Assembly: GCA_026708035.1 (NCBI GenBank)
Contig: JAPOVQ010000001.1
Coordinates: 151,970 to 215,969, forward strand
Direction of reading: 5' to 3'
DNA length: 64,000 bases
From: Chloroflexota bacterium
GTDB lineage: Bacteria; Chloroflexota; UBA11872
Shown here: positions 38,913 to 48,469 of the stretch, one piece after another
Position numbering within the stretch: the first letter of the stretch is position 1
How the letters are laid out: each line of letters opens with the position of its first letter
The notes under the pieces: generated by a model
What the model was told of the DNA's origin: nothing
Seen by the model: the letters and a program-made list of their open reading frames with translations, nothing else
The model's database searches: none
Translations under genes and position numbers: made by a program

Positions 38913-39918
38913 CGAGCTGCTGGCCGCGGCGCGGGCCGAGCTGGCGCAGGCCGGCTCCGACGCGGCGTTGGAAGCCTGGCGCGTGGCGCACCTGGGACGG
39001 CGCAGCGCGCTCACCGGCATCCTGCGGTCGATCCGCGAGCTGCCCCCCGAGGACCGCCGGGCCGCCGGCCAGGCCGCCAACGCCGCGCGCCAGGCCCTCG
39101 AGGAGGCGTTTGCCGCCCACCAACAGAGCCTGAGCCAGCGCGCCGATGGGTCAGGCCCCGACGTCACCATGCCGGGCTACCCCGTGCGACTCGGCCGGCT
39201 GCATCCGCTGACGCGCACGCTGCGCGAAATTCGCGCGGTGCTCGCGCCATTGGGCTTCCGCGCCGTCAGCGGGCCGGAGGTGGAGTGGGACCGCTACAAC
39301 TTCGAGCTGCTCAACATTCCCGCCGACCATCCGGCCCGCGACATGTGGGACACCTTCCATCTCCAGCAGCAGGCGCGGCCCGGCGATCTGCTGCTGCGAA
39401 CCCACACGTCGCCGGTGCAGGCGCGCGTGATGGAGCAGGTGCGGCCGCCGGTGCGCGTGATCGCGCCGGGCAAGGTCTATCGCTACGAAAACCGCGACGC
39501 CTCGCACGAGTCCGAGTTCATGCAGGTCGAGGGGCTGGCGATCGACGAGCGCATCACGATGGCGGACCTGCGCGGCACGCTGACCCACTTCGTGCGCGCG
39601 ATGTTCGGCCCGGACCGCGAGCTGCGGATTCGCGCCAGCTATTTTCCCTTCACCGAGCCCAGCGCCGAGGCCGAGATGTCCTGCCACGCCTGTGACGGCG
39701 GCGGCTGTTCGGTCTGCGGGGGCAGCGGCTGGATCGAGATTCTGGGCGCGGGGATGGTGCATCCCACGGTGCTGGCGAACGTGGGCTACGACCCCGAGGT
39801 GTATCAAGGCTTCGCCTTTGGCATGGGCGTGGAGCGGATCGCCATGCTGAAATACGGCGTCACCGACATCCGCAGCTTTTACCGCAACGACCTGCGGTTC
39901 CTCAGGCAGTTCCACTAG
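38896..39918 (+). CDS. pheS: phenylalanine--tRNA ligase alpha subunit
   Basis: Class II aaRS motifs (…NFELLNIPADHPARDMWDTFHL… ; …FPFTEPSAE… ; GAGMVHP…GFAFGMGVERIAML). GTG start chosen just upstream of the trmH stop. Confidence 0.85.
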   Translation: MRERIDELLAAARAELAQAGSDAALEAWRVAHLGRRSALTGILRSIRELPPEDRRAAGQAANAARQALEEAFAAHQQSLSQRADGSGPDVTMPGYPVRLGRLHPLTRTLREIRAVLAPLGFRAVSGPEVEWDRYNFELLNIPADHPARDMWDTFHLQQQARPGDLLLRTHTSPVQARVMEQVRPPVRVIAPGKVYRYENRDASHESEFMQVEGLAIDERITMADLRGTLTHFVRAMFGPDRELRIRASYFPFTEPSAEAEMSCHACDGGGCSVCGGSGWIEILGAGMVHPTVLANVGYDPEVYQGFAFGMGVERIAMLKYGVTDIRSFYRNDLRFLRQFH

Positions 39919-39921
39919 CTC

Positions 39922-42444
39922 ATGCGGGTGCCCTACGAGTGGCTGTGCGAGCTGTCGGGCGTCGATGCGCCGGTTGACGAGGCGGCGCGGCGGCTGACGG
40001 ACGCGGGCTTCGAGGTGGCCGAGATTCACCGCGCCGGCGAGCACTGGGACCGGGTGGTGGTGGGCGAAGTCGTGCGCATCGACCCACATCCCAATGCCGA
40101 TCGGCTCAACCTGCCGACGGTGACCACCGGCGCGGACGAGTTCCAAGTCGTGTGTGGCGCGTGGAACTTCGCGTCCGGCGACAGGATCGCCTTCGCACAC
40201 GAGGGCGCGCGGCTGTGGGACGCCTACTCCGACGAGCCGCGGCTCAAGGAGCTAAAGCCGACCAAGATTCGCGGCGTGGTCTCACGCGGCATGTTGTGCT
40301 CGAACCGCGAGTTGGGACTGAGCGACGACCACGAGGGCATCCTGATCCTGGAGCCCGATGCGCCCGTGGGCCGCCCGCTGACCGAGGTCCTCGGCGACGA
40401 GGTGATCGAATTCGAGCTCAAGGCCAACCGCCCGGACGCCCTCTCGGTGCTGGGCATCGCGCGCGAGGCCGCCGCGCTCTTCGGCACCGAGGTCCGCTCG
40501 CCGATCCCCGACGCTCGGGCGAGCGACGGTGAACCGTGGCCGTCGGTGCAGCTGGAGATCGACGACCCGGCGCTCTGCGCCCGTTACTCGGCGGCGTTCG
40601 TGCGCGACGTGGAGGTGGCCGAGTCGCCGGCCTGGCTGCGCAAGCGGCTGGAGCTGGCGGGCATGCGGCCGATCAACACGATCGTGGACGTGACGAACTA
40701 CGTGATGCTGGAAACCGGACAGCCGCTGCACGCGTTCGACTGGGACACCATCCGCGGCGGCCTGATCGGCGTCCGCACGGCCAGGGCCGGCGAGCGGCTG
40801 GTGACGCTGGACGGCCAGGACCGCGAACTAACCGGCGAGACGCTCTGCATCGTGGACGGCGAAGGCCCGGTGGCGCTGGCGGGCGTGATGGGCGGGCTGG
40901 CTACCGAAGTCACCGACGCCACGTCGACGGTGCTGCTGGAATCGGCCACGTTCGACCCCGTGAGCATTCGCCGCACGGCGCACCGGCTGGCGCTGCGCAG
41001 CGAGGCGTCGCGCCGGTTCGAGAAAAACCTCCCCCCTGAACTCACCGAACCCGCGCTGCGACGCTGCGTGCAACTCATCGAGACCATCGGCGCGGGACGC
41101 GGGGAGTTCCTGTCGGGCGACGCCTACCCGGCACCGAGTCAACCCGAGCCGGTTTCGCTCGAGTTCGACCGCATCGAGCGCCTCATGGGCCTGGCCTACG
41201 AATGCACCGAGGTGCGGCGCGCGCTCCAGGCGCTGGCCTTCACGGTGACCGAGACCGACGACCTGTTGCACGTGCAGCCGCCGTTCTGGCGCCGCGACGT
41301 GACCACGCCCGCCGACGTGGTGGAAGAGGTCGCGCGGCTGCTGGGCTATGACCGCATCCCGAATACGCTGCCCACCGGCGGCGTGACCGACACGGTGCCG
41401 GGCGAGCTTGACCCCCGCGACGACGAGCTGCGGGACGTGATGGTCGGCCTTGGATTCACCGAGTGCGTGACCTATGCGCTCACGAGCGAGGCCCGCCTGG
41501 CGCGGCTTGTGTCGCCCGACCTGCTGGACGCCGATCCGGAAACGCCGCTGGGCGATCCGGAGACCTGGGAAATGGTTCAGCGTTCCGCGATGAATGACGC
41601 CGGGCGCGCGCTTGCCGACCGCCTGTTGCCGCTGCACCGAGCGCCGCTGGCGATCCGTAATCCGCTGTCGTCCGATGAGTCGACACTGCGGCTCACCGGC
41701 CTGGCGACGATGCTGGAGACCCTGCGCGCCAACCGCCGCCACACCGACCGCGACCTGCTGCTCTTCGAGTGCCAGCCGACATTCCTGCCGCGCCAGGACG
41801 ACCTGCCGGATGAGCCGCTGCTGCTGACGGCGGTGATTGGTGAGCGCGTCAGTGCCGGGCGCTGGGACGAGACCGCGACCGTCGAGCTTCCGTTCGTCCG
41901 CGGCGTCGTCGACGAAGTGCTGGCGCGGTCTGGCGTCGACCAGCCCACGGTCAGCCACGAGGAGGTCGAGCACCCGACGTTCGCGGCCGGGCAGGCGGTG
42001 GGAGTGACACAAGCCGGTCGAACGCTGGCCGCCTATGGCGCCATCGAGCCGGAGGTGGCCGCGGCCTACGACCTGGACGAACGCGCCTGGGCGCTGCTGG
42101 TGGACGTGGGCGCGCTGCGGGCAGCCTCGGCCGGCCCGCCGTCGTTCACGCCCTGGTCGGAGTATCCGGCTGCGCTGCGTGACCTGGCGGTCGTCGTCGA
42201 CGAGGGCGTGGCCCAAGCCGAGGTGCTGGAAACCATCCGGCGCGCCGGGCGGCCGCTGCTGGCCTCGGTGCGCATGTTTGACGAGTACCGCGGCGAACAG
42301 ATCGCGGCCGGCAAGCGCAGCCTGGCATACGCGCTGAGCTATGCGGCGCCGGACCGGACGCTCACCGATAAGGAGGCCGACAAGGCGCACAACCGCGTCG
42401 TCCGGGCGCTCCAGCACCGGCTGGGAGCGGAGTTGCGGGGCTAG
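39922..42444 (+). CDS. pheT: phenylalanine--tRNA ligase beta subunit
   Basis: 840 aa; N-terminal tRNA-binding domain, B3/B4 and B5 domains, C-terminal anticodon-binding domain; immediately follows pheS. Confidence 0.9.
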   Translation: MRVPYEWLCELSGVDAPVDEAARRLTDAGFEVAEIHRAGEHWDRVVVGEVVRIDPHPNADRLNLPTVTTGADEFQVVCGAWNFASGDRIAFAHEGARLWDAYSDEPRLKELKPTKIRGVVSRGMLCSNRELGLSDDHEGILILEPDAPVGRPLTEVLGDEVIEFELKANRPDALSVLGIAREAAALFGTEVRSPIPDARASDGEPWPSVQLEIDDPALCARYSAAFVRDVEVAESPAWLRKRLELAGMRPINTIVDVTNYVMLETGQPLHAFDWDTIRGGLIGVRTARAGERLVTLDGQDRELTGETLCIVDGEGPVALAGVMGGLATEVTDATSTVLLESATFDPVSIRRTAHRLALRSEASRRFEKNLPPELTEPALRRCVQLIETIGAGRGEFLSGDAYPAPSQPEPVSLEFDRIERLMGLAYECTEVRRALQALAFTVTETDDLLHVQPPFWRRDVTTPADVVEEVARLLGYDRIPNTLPTGGVTDTVPGELDPRDDELRDVMVGLGFTECVTYALTSEARLARLVSPDLLDADPETPLGDPETWEMVQRSAMNDAGRALADRLLPLHRAPLAIRNPLSSDESTLRLTGLATMLETLRANRRHTDRDLLLFECQPTFLPRQDDLPDEPLLLTAVIGERVSAGRWDETATVELPFVRGVVDEVLARSGVDQPTVSHEEVEHPTFAAGQAVGVTQAGRTLAAYGAIEPEVAAAYDLDERAWALLVDVGALRAASAGPPSFTPWSEYPAALRDLAVVVDEGVAQAEVLETIRRAGRPLLASVRMFDEYRGEQIAAGKRSLAYALSYAAPDRTLTDKEADKAHNRVVRALQHRLGAELRG

Positions 42445-42468
42445 ACAGCCCGTAACGCCGCTCGCGGC

Positions 42469-44436
42469 TTAGAGCGGGTAGCCCTGCACCCACACGTTCG
42501 TGAAGGTGACGCTGCCGCCCTCGCCCCAGTTCTTGCATTCCAGGCTGACGAGCGCCTCCGCGCCATAGGGCAGGTCTTCGGCCGCCGCTACGGTCACGCC
42601 ATTGATCGCAAGGCCGGCCCAGCCGTCGCGATAAGTGAAGCGAACGGCAAAGGGCCGTCCGTAGTCGATATCAGGAATCTGGCCCCATGGCCACTCTTGA
42701 ATGATGTCATACCTGCCGTTGGAGAACCGGCCCCACGTCAAACCAAAACTCTCGGTTCCGGAAGTGTCTGGTCGACCATGTATGCCGATGCCGATTCGGT
42801 CGTGGTTCTCCCAGCCCTCGTAGGCGCTGCGTAGATTGATGTCAACAATCGGGACTTGCCGTCCTGGGTTTTGATGCAGCACGACCGTTGCCTGCAACAT
42901 GAGCTCACGACCAAAGGCAGAGGCAGGTGTCAATTCGGTTTCGTAGCTGTCTTGACAGTCAATGTGGGCGCGACTGAACAGCAGAATGGGCCGAGGGGGT
43001 GGAAGGGACGTCGCGCCGCCGCTGCTGATGGTCTCAAGCCACGAATCGATTAAGGGCCGCGCGCGCTCGCTTGGAATCAGGAAGTTCGTGTTTTGAAGGT
43101 CGCTCAGGGATCCGACCGTGATGCCGACCACGTGCCCATCCAGCGTCGCGACCGGCCCGCCGCTGTTGCCGGGATTGAGCGCGGCGTCGGTCTGGAGATA
43201 TTTCCCGCCTGGAACGCTGATGCGGTTCGAAAGCAAGCCGGTGGTGACCGTTGGACTGGCGGCGCACGGCGAGTCTTTACCCGTGAGCGTCGCGCCGTGG
43301 CCCATGGCCACGAGCTGTGAACCAAGCGGCAGATCTGCCGAATTGCCCCAGGTAACCGGTACCGAGTGGGTCAATCCGTCGATGACCAGCAACGCCAGGT
43401 CGATGTCCGCATTGGCGGCAACCACCGAGGCCGTAGCCTGGTGCCCGGTGACCGTCGTGGCGGTGATCGTTTGGGCGCCCTCAACGACATGCCAGCTCGT
43501 GACGGCGTAGCCGTCGTCGGTAACGAAGAAGCCGGAGCCGCACTGCTTCAGGTCGGTCTCGATGCGTAGCAACGACGGCTGGAGGCGCTGCACCGTGCTC
43601 GCCACGTCGCCGGTCGCCGTGACGGCAGCGAGCGACCCACCCTGGTGGAGACGCGCCTGATCGCCGACGCTGAACGGGGGCTTCGAGGTGAAGGCCGGGA
43701 ATTGCTCCCAGGAGTTGCCGGGGTATTTGCGGTTGCGCAGGGTGTCGCCCAGCAAACGGAGCTTGACCGGCGAAGTCTCGGACTCCGGGTGATATTCCAG
43801 GACGGCGGCCTGGAAATACTGCCGAATGCGGCTGTCCACGGCCCGACCGGGGTCGTGCAGCACGGCCTGGTGGTGGTTGTCACGCCGTGCGTCGGACTTG
43901 GGATAGCCGAAGGAGTCCACGCCGCCAAGCCGGTGGAAGAAGTCCGCAAAACCAATTGAGACTCCCTCCACCGAAATGTTCGCCACCTTGTGGCCCCAGG
44001 GACCGAGGACTTCCCCCGGATGCGGGTTGGTGAAGTCCGGCTCAACGCCCTGGTCGATGGACCCGCCGAGGCCGCCGCCCAGATGGTCCCAGGCCAGGCG
44101 GCGCTGGAACGTGTGCCGACCGCCCTGCGGCGGCGGCTGCCAGTCGACGACGCCGCGCTGGTAGTACTGCGTCAGCGTGCCTCGGGTCTCCTCGAAGATC
44201 TCCGACGTGGGGAAGCCCCAGCGCTCGACGCCGCCGGTCCGGTCGAAGTTGGCCAGGAAATTGGCCTCGAAGGATGCGCCGTTGGTGAATGTGCCCGAGA
44301 GATTCAGGATGTTGTGCTGCAGCTCGGCGTAGTAGCGCACCGCCGTGACCTGCGCCGTGGCCGTGACGCCGAAGCCGAGCTCACGCGCGGCTGCGGGAGC
44401 CGCAGCGACCGCCGCGAGCAATAGAGCGACGGCCAC
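42469..44436 (-). CDS. secreted multidomain trypsin-like (S1/HtrA-like) serine peptidase with N-terminal LGFP-like repeats and a C-terminal domain of unknown function
   Basis: Signal peptide; repeats RWGFPTSE/SFGYPKSD; protease catalytic residues (TSWHVV, DIDLALL, GNSGGPV); ~190-aa C-terminal beta-rich domain (…FTYRDGWAGLAINGVTV…). Confidence 0.6.
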   Translation of the reverse strand: MAVALLLAAVAAAPAAARELGFGVTATAQVTAVRYYAELQHNILNLSGTFTNGASFEANFLANFDRTGGVERWGFPTSEIFEETRGTLTQYYQRGVVDWQPPPQGGRHTFQRRLAWDHLGGGLGGSIDQGVEPDFTNPHPGEVLGPWGHKVANISVEGVSIGFADFFHRLGGVDSFGYPKSDARRDNHHQAVLHDPGRAVDSRIRQYFQAAVLEYHPESETSPVKLRLLGDTLRNRKYPGNSWEQFPAFTSKPPFSVGDQARLHQGGSLAAVTATGDVASTVQRLQPSLLRIETDLKQCGSGFFVTDDGYAVTSWHVVEGAQTITATTVTGHQATASVVAANADIDLALLVIDGLTHSVPVTWGNSADLPLGSQLVAMGHGATLTGKDSPCAASPTVTTGLLSNRISVPGGKYLQTDAALNPGNSGGPVATLDGHVVGITVGSLSDLQNTNFLIPSERARPLIDSWLETISSGGATSLPPPRPILLFSRAHIDCQDSYETELTPASAFGRELMLQATVVLHQNPGRQVPIVDINLRSAYEGWENHDRIGIGIHGRPDTSGTESFGLTWGRFSNGRYDIIQEWPWGQIPDIDYGRPFAVRFTYRDGWAGLAINGVTVAAAEDLPYGAEALVSLECKNWGEGGSVTFTNVWVQGYPL

Positions 44437-44685
44437 AGTGATGAGACGAGTGGGGCGCAGCGGAAACGTCGCTATCTGGGAAGGGAGGGCCGATCGGCAG
44501 AGTCGGGCCGCCTAGCGTACATGCGGCAACGGCTCGATCACTAGGGTAACGACGCGGTCCGATGCCCGTCGCTTGAGCAACGCGGCTTCAGGTCGCTCCT
44601 ATCGGCTCGGGCCGGCGTGGCTTCGACTCGGAAAAGGAACCGAATCACCGCCGCGCGCGCGGCGAATCGGGTTGTGCGTCCGGCG

Positions 44686-45033
44686 CTACAGGTCCTCGAA
44701 CGCGACGTTGGCGGCGTGGACCTCGTCGGCGCAGGCGCGGTCGATGGGGACCGGCGTGGGCAGGTTGTTCTTGGCGATGTAGCCCTTGTCGGCCAGCCAA
44801 GCCTCGACCTCTTCGCCGCTGACGTCGGCCAGCATGCGGCCGTCCACCACCACGCACGGCGACAGCGGCTGCCCGCTCTTGATCACCATCTCGTGGTAGT
44901 TCGTCGGGCTGTTGATGATGTCCTTGTCCTCGTAGCCGAGGTCGTATTTGTCGAGGACGGCGCGGACGCCGGCGCTCCAGCCGCAGACGGGCTTGAGGTA
45001 CGCCACGATCTCAGGCGTTGACTGCGTTGCCAT
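44686..45033 (-). CDS. glutaredoxin-like (thioredoxin-fold, CxxS) protein
   Basis: IVAYLKPVCGWSAGVRAVLD…; start at MATQSTPE (codon 45031..45033). Confidence 0.55.
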   Translation of the reverse strand: MATQSTPEIVAYLKPVCGWSAGVRAVLDKYDLGYEDKDIINSPTNYHEMVIKSGQPLSPCVVVDGRMLADVSGEEVEAWLADKGYIAKNNLPTPVPIDRACADEVHAANVAFEDL

Positions 45034-45240
45034 GGTTTGTCTCCAGGAAAGTCCCGGCGGTGCGGGAAGGTCGTCTCCCAATTGTGTCAAATCGGGGCCG
45101 CAGTCGGTAATGGCGGGGAGTCCGGTCTTGGTTCGACCGGCTCACCACGAACGGCGGGCGGCCCTGCCGGCCCAAGCACCCGGCACCCGAGCCACTGCCG
45201 CCGTCGGTCATACTGGCGCGAACGAAAGGGGAGCATCGAC

Positions 45241-45699
45241 ATGGCAAGACTCAACCTCGGCGATGCGTTTCCAGCGCTGGAGGGTGTGCTGGGCGACGGC
45301 ACGCCGTTCCGAATCCCCAATGATCTGGGGGACCGGCGCACGGCGTTGCTGTTCTACCGCGGCCACTGGTGATCGCACTGTCGCCGGCAGTTGGCCGGCT
45401 ACAACTGGCTGCTCGACACCCTTGACGCGATCGGCGTCGACGTGGTGGGACTCTCCGTCGATCCGCGCGAGGACATCGCGGCGCTGACGGAGCGCCTGGG
45501 GCTCGAGTTCCCACTGGTGGGCGAGTTGGCCTATCCGGACGCCCCCGACGCGGTGGGCGCCTACCGTTTTGAGCGCCGCCGGGCCTTCCAGGCCACGGCC
45601 TTCGTGCTGGACGCCGATCGCCGCGTCGAGGCGGCCGTCTACTCGGCCACCAACGCCGGCCGCCTCACGCCCGAAGAGCTGATGCGCACCTACGGCTGA
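45241..45699 (+). CDS. peroxiredoxin/redoxin (AhpC-TSA)-family protein with in-frame TGA at the peroxidatic-Cys position; candidate selenoprotein (UxxC), or a Cys-to-stop pseudogene
   Basis: A single reading frame joins ORF 45241..45372 to ORF 45391..45699 (both are ≡1 mod 3). Reads …TALLFYRGHW-[TGA 45370..45372]-SHCRRQLAGY…VVGLSVDP…FPLVGEL…AFVLDADRRVE…, a canonical redoxin alignment with U replacing C in WCPxC. Hairpin GCCGGC-AGUUG-GCCGGC begins 11 nt after the UGA. Confidence 0.5.
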
Positions 45700-45706
45700 C
45701 CCCGCG

Positions 45707-46729
45707 TCAGCCCGCGAGGTGCGGGTTCACCGAGCCCCAATCGGCGACGGCCGGGATCAGGCCCATGCCAATCGTCTCGTCGCGCAGGTGCTGGAGGTGC
45801 GCGTAGGCGGCGTCGAGCTCCGCGCGCTCGTCCGCGTCGCCTTCGGGCAGGCGCCAGGCGACCCCGCCCGGACCGAGCGTCGTGGGCATGGCCATCATCA
45901 CGTTTGTGTACGGCTCGCCGGTCACGAAGGCCCCGCAGGGCCACTCGAACGGCTCGCCGCCGCAGGCCGCGCGCACCATCATCGCGGTGAGGTGCGCCGG
46001 CGACTGGAACGACGAGCGCCCCCGCAACTTGATGACGCGCGCGCCGCCGCCGAGCACGTGCTCGCGGATCTCCTGCCATCCCTCGGCGTCCAGCCCCACG
46101 CCATTGGCCGCAGCGCCGCCGTTGACAATGTCGTTGAGCGGCACGCCGTCGATCTGGATCGCGCCCTTGTAGAGCGCCATCTCCTGGCCGTGGCCGCCGT
46201 AGGTGCGGCAGCCGTCCACACGGTGCTGCGCCACGCCGAAATGTTGCGCCAGACGCGTCTGCAGACGGGTGCTGTCAAGGGCCGCCAGCGTGGTCACGCG
46301 CTGCGGCGGCAGGCCCGAGTGCACCAGCGTCACCAGCCCGGTGATGTCCGCCGGGTTGAACACGATGACCACCAGCTTGGCCTCCGGCGCATGCTGGCTG
46401 ATGTCCTTCCCGAGCTGCGCGGCGATCTCGGCGTTGCCGCGCAGCAGGTCCTCGCGCGTCATGCCCTCGCGGCGCGGCGCGCCGCCGGAGCTGAGTACGA
46501 AGGCCGCGCCGTCCAGCGCCTCGCCCGCGTCCGTCGTCCAGGTCACGTCGGCGCCGGGAAAGGCGCAGTGGTAGATCTCCTCCGCCGCGCCCTCCAGGCC
46601 GGGCCCGAATGGGTCGTACATGGCGACGGTGTTGGCCGTGCCGGTGGACAGCAGCGCCTGGACCAGGTTCGAGCCCACGGCGCCCGCCGCGCCCATCACG
46701 GCGACCTTGTCGGTGGTCAGGTAGCTCAT
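45707..46729 (-). CDS. malate/lactate dehydrogenase-family NAD-dependent oxidoreductase (MDH-like)
   Basis: Rossmann KVAVMGAAGAVGSNL, IVFNPADI, substrate motif LDSTRLQTRLA; ~340 aa. Confidence 0.65.
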   Translation of the reverse strand: MSYLTTDKVAVMGAAGAVGSNLVQALLSTGTANTVAMYDPFGPGLEGAAEEIYHCAFPGADVTWTTDAGEALDGAAFVLSSGGAPRREGMTREDLLRGNAEIAAQLGKDISQHAPEAKLVVIVFNPADITGLVTLVHSGLPPQRVTTLAALDSTRLQTRLAQHFGVAQHRVDGCRTYGGHGQEMALYKGAIQIDGVPLNDIVNGGAAANGVGLDAEGWQEIREHVLGGGARVIKLRGRSSFQSPAHLTAMMVRAACGGEPFEWPCGAFVTGEPYTNVMMAMPTTLGPGGVAWRLPEGDADERAELDAAYAHLQHLRDETIGMGLIPAVADWGSVNPHLAG

Positions 46730-46746
46730 GTCGCCCCCGGCGGCCA

Positions 46747-47502
46747 CTAGGCCCGCACCGCGGCGAGTTGCTCAGCCAGAGCGGCCTGCAAGATGCGGTA
46801 GTCGCTCGAGTAGTCGATCATCGTGAATCCCTGCGCGATGAGCTGTTGCGCCCGTTCCACGTTCGGCGCCGGCAGTCCGGCGGGCTTGCCGGCGGCCTGC
46901 GCCCCGGCCAGGATCCTGGCAATGGCGTCCGCGTGGTCGGCGTTCGTGAACATGTCGGCGCTGGTGAGCCCCATGGAGAGCGCCAGGTCGGACGGCCCGA
47001 TATAGGCCACGTCCATGCCGTCGACTTCCATGATCGCCTGAGTGTTGGCCACGCCCTCCAGGTCCTCGATCTGGGGGCAGATGATCAGGTTGTCGTTGGC
47101 CTGCGCGGTCCAGGCGCGGTCGATGGTGGCGCGCGAGGTGCCGGACGAGCGATGCCCGCGGGGCGGATAGCGCACGGCTTCGGCAATGGCCTCGGCCTGC
47201 TCGACCGTGCTCACGTGCGGGACGACCAGCCCAATGGCGCCGGCGTCCAGGATCTGCCCGAAGCAGGCCGGATCGTTGGTCCAGGGACGCACGAGAGGCA
47301 CGCAATCCTGCGACTCGATGGCCCGTAGCCCTTCCGTGATCATCCCCAGGTCCCAGGGCGCATGCTCGGCGTCGATCACCAGCCACTCACAGCCGCCCAC
47401 CGCCATCACCTCGGCAGCCAGGGGCGACGCCAGGTTCAGCCAGGAGCCAATGGACACTTCGCCTCGGCGCAGCGTGGCCAAGACCGGATTCGGAAACCTC
47501 AC
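46747..47502 (-). CDS. HpcH/HpaI-family 2-keto-3-deoxy-acid aldolase
   Basis: …GSWLNLASPLAAEVMAVGGCEWLVIDAEHAPWD… and …IEDLEGVANTQAIMEVDGMDVAYIGPSDLA…. Confidence 0.7.
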   Translation of the reverse strand: MRFPNPVLATLRRGEVSIGSWLNLASPLAAEVMAVGGCEWLVIDAEHAPWDLGMITEGLRAIESQDCVPLVRPWTNDPACFGQILDAGAIGLVVPHVSTVEQAEAIAEAVRYPPRGHRSSGTSRATIDRAWTAQANDNLIICPQIEDLEGVANTQAIMEVDGMDVAYIGPSDLALSMGLTSADMFTNADHADAIARILAGAQAAGKPAGLPAPNVERAQQLIAQGFTMIDYSSDYRILQAALAEQLAAVRA

Positions 47503-47648
47503 GAACGTCCTCCGTTCAGCACGGACTCACTGACCCAATTGTGACGCACCCGATGCCAGAACGGGCACTCCGACTGACGACTTCTTGACAAGCCTACGGG
47601 GATGGTCAGACAGTCAGGGTAATTCCCCCAGTTGCTTCGGCGGCTGGG

Positions 47649-47683
47649 CAGAGGCCACCCGAGGGTGGCCTCTGCTTTTTCTT
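47649..47683 (+). terminator. terminator-like hairpin plus T-run abutting the NYN gene start
   Basis: CAGAGGCCACCC-GAG-GGTGGCCTCTG followed by CTTTTTCTT. No upstream + strand gene for it to terminate. Confidence 0.45.
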
Positions 47684-47687
47684 GCCA

Positions 47688-48326
47688 ATGCGCACAAATG
47701 TATACGTCGACGGCTTCAACCTGTACTACGGTGCCCTTCGAGGCACGCCTTACAAGTGGTTGGACCTAGAAGAGCTTTGCCGTCGACTCTTAGGATCCCG
47801 ACTCACACTGAGCCGCATTCGCTACTTCACGGCGGACGTGAGGCCCGTTCCGACTGATCGTCAGAAGCATGTGCGTCAGCAGATTTGCCAGCGCGCGCTC
47901 CGAACCATTTCATGCTTGGACATTCACAAGGGCCGCTTCGCACGTGGCTCCCGATGGATGAATCTCGCTGAGCCGGTACCTGGCCTGCCCGACAAGGTTC
48001 GTGTGCAATGCACGGAAGAGAAGGGGTCTGACGTGAATCTGGCGACGTACCTAGTGTTCGATGCTGCGGTCAGAGACTTTCAAGCAGCGGTCGTCGTCTC
48101 CAACGACACCGATCTGGTGGAGCCAATCAAGCTGGTACGACAGGAGTTCAATCGCCCGGTCATGGTTGTCAATCCGCAGCGGAGCCGTAGTGACCGTATG
48201 CGAAAAGCAGCCACGTCGTACGAGCTGCTAGACCAAGAGCTGCTAGCGCAATGCCAATTCCCGCGACACTTGATAGACGTGAGTGGGTCATTCGAAAAGC
48301 CCGCCGCCTGGGAGGAAGCTCGCTAA
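47688..48326 (+). CDS. NYN-domain (LabA-like/PIN-like) putative ribonuclease
   Basis: NVYVDGFNLYYG … KGSDVNLATYLVFDA … VVVSNDTDLVEPI, the conserved acidic residues of NYN/PIN nucleases. Local GC ~55% against ~68% in the flanks. Confidence 0.6.
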   Translation: MRTNVYVDGFNLYYGALRGTPYKWLDLEELCRRLLGSRLTLSRIRYFTADVRPVPTDRQKHVRQQICQRALRTISCLDIHKGRFARGSRWMNLAEPVPGLPDKVRVQCTEEKGSDVNLATYLVFDAAVRDFQAAVVVSNDTDLVEPIKLVRQEFNRPVMVVNPQRSRSDRMRKAATSYELLDQELLAQCQFPRHLIDVSGSFEKPAAWEEAR

Positions 48327-48469
48327 CACTCGGCGGATCTGGCCGTTCGTTCTGGCGTAAGGCGGTCGGCCACGTTCGCCGCCTCGCGACAGCCGGGCAT
48401 CGCGTCTTCCTCCAGAAGAAGACGTGATTGGCCGCTTCTACGATTCGGCCTGCCCTACGCAGCGAGGCC

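Noticed and set aside
40828-42417. 529-aa minus-strand ORF
   Set aside because: Entirely antisense to pheT, which has unambiguous homology.
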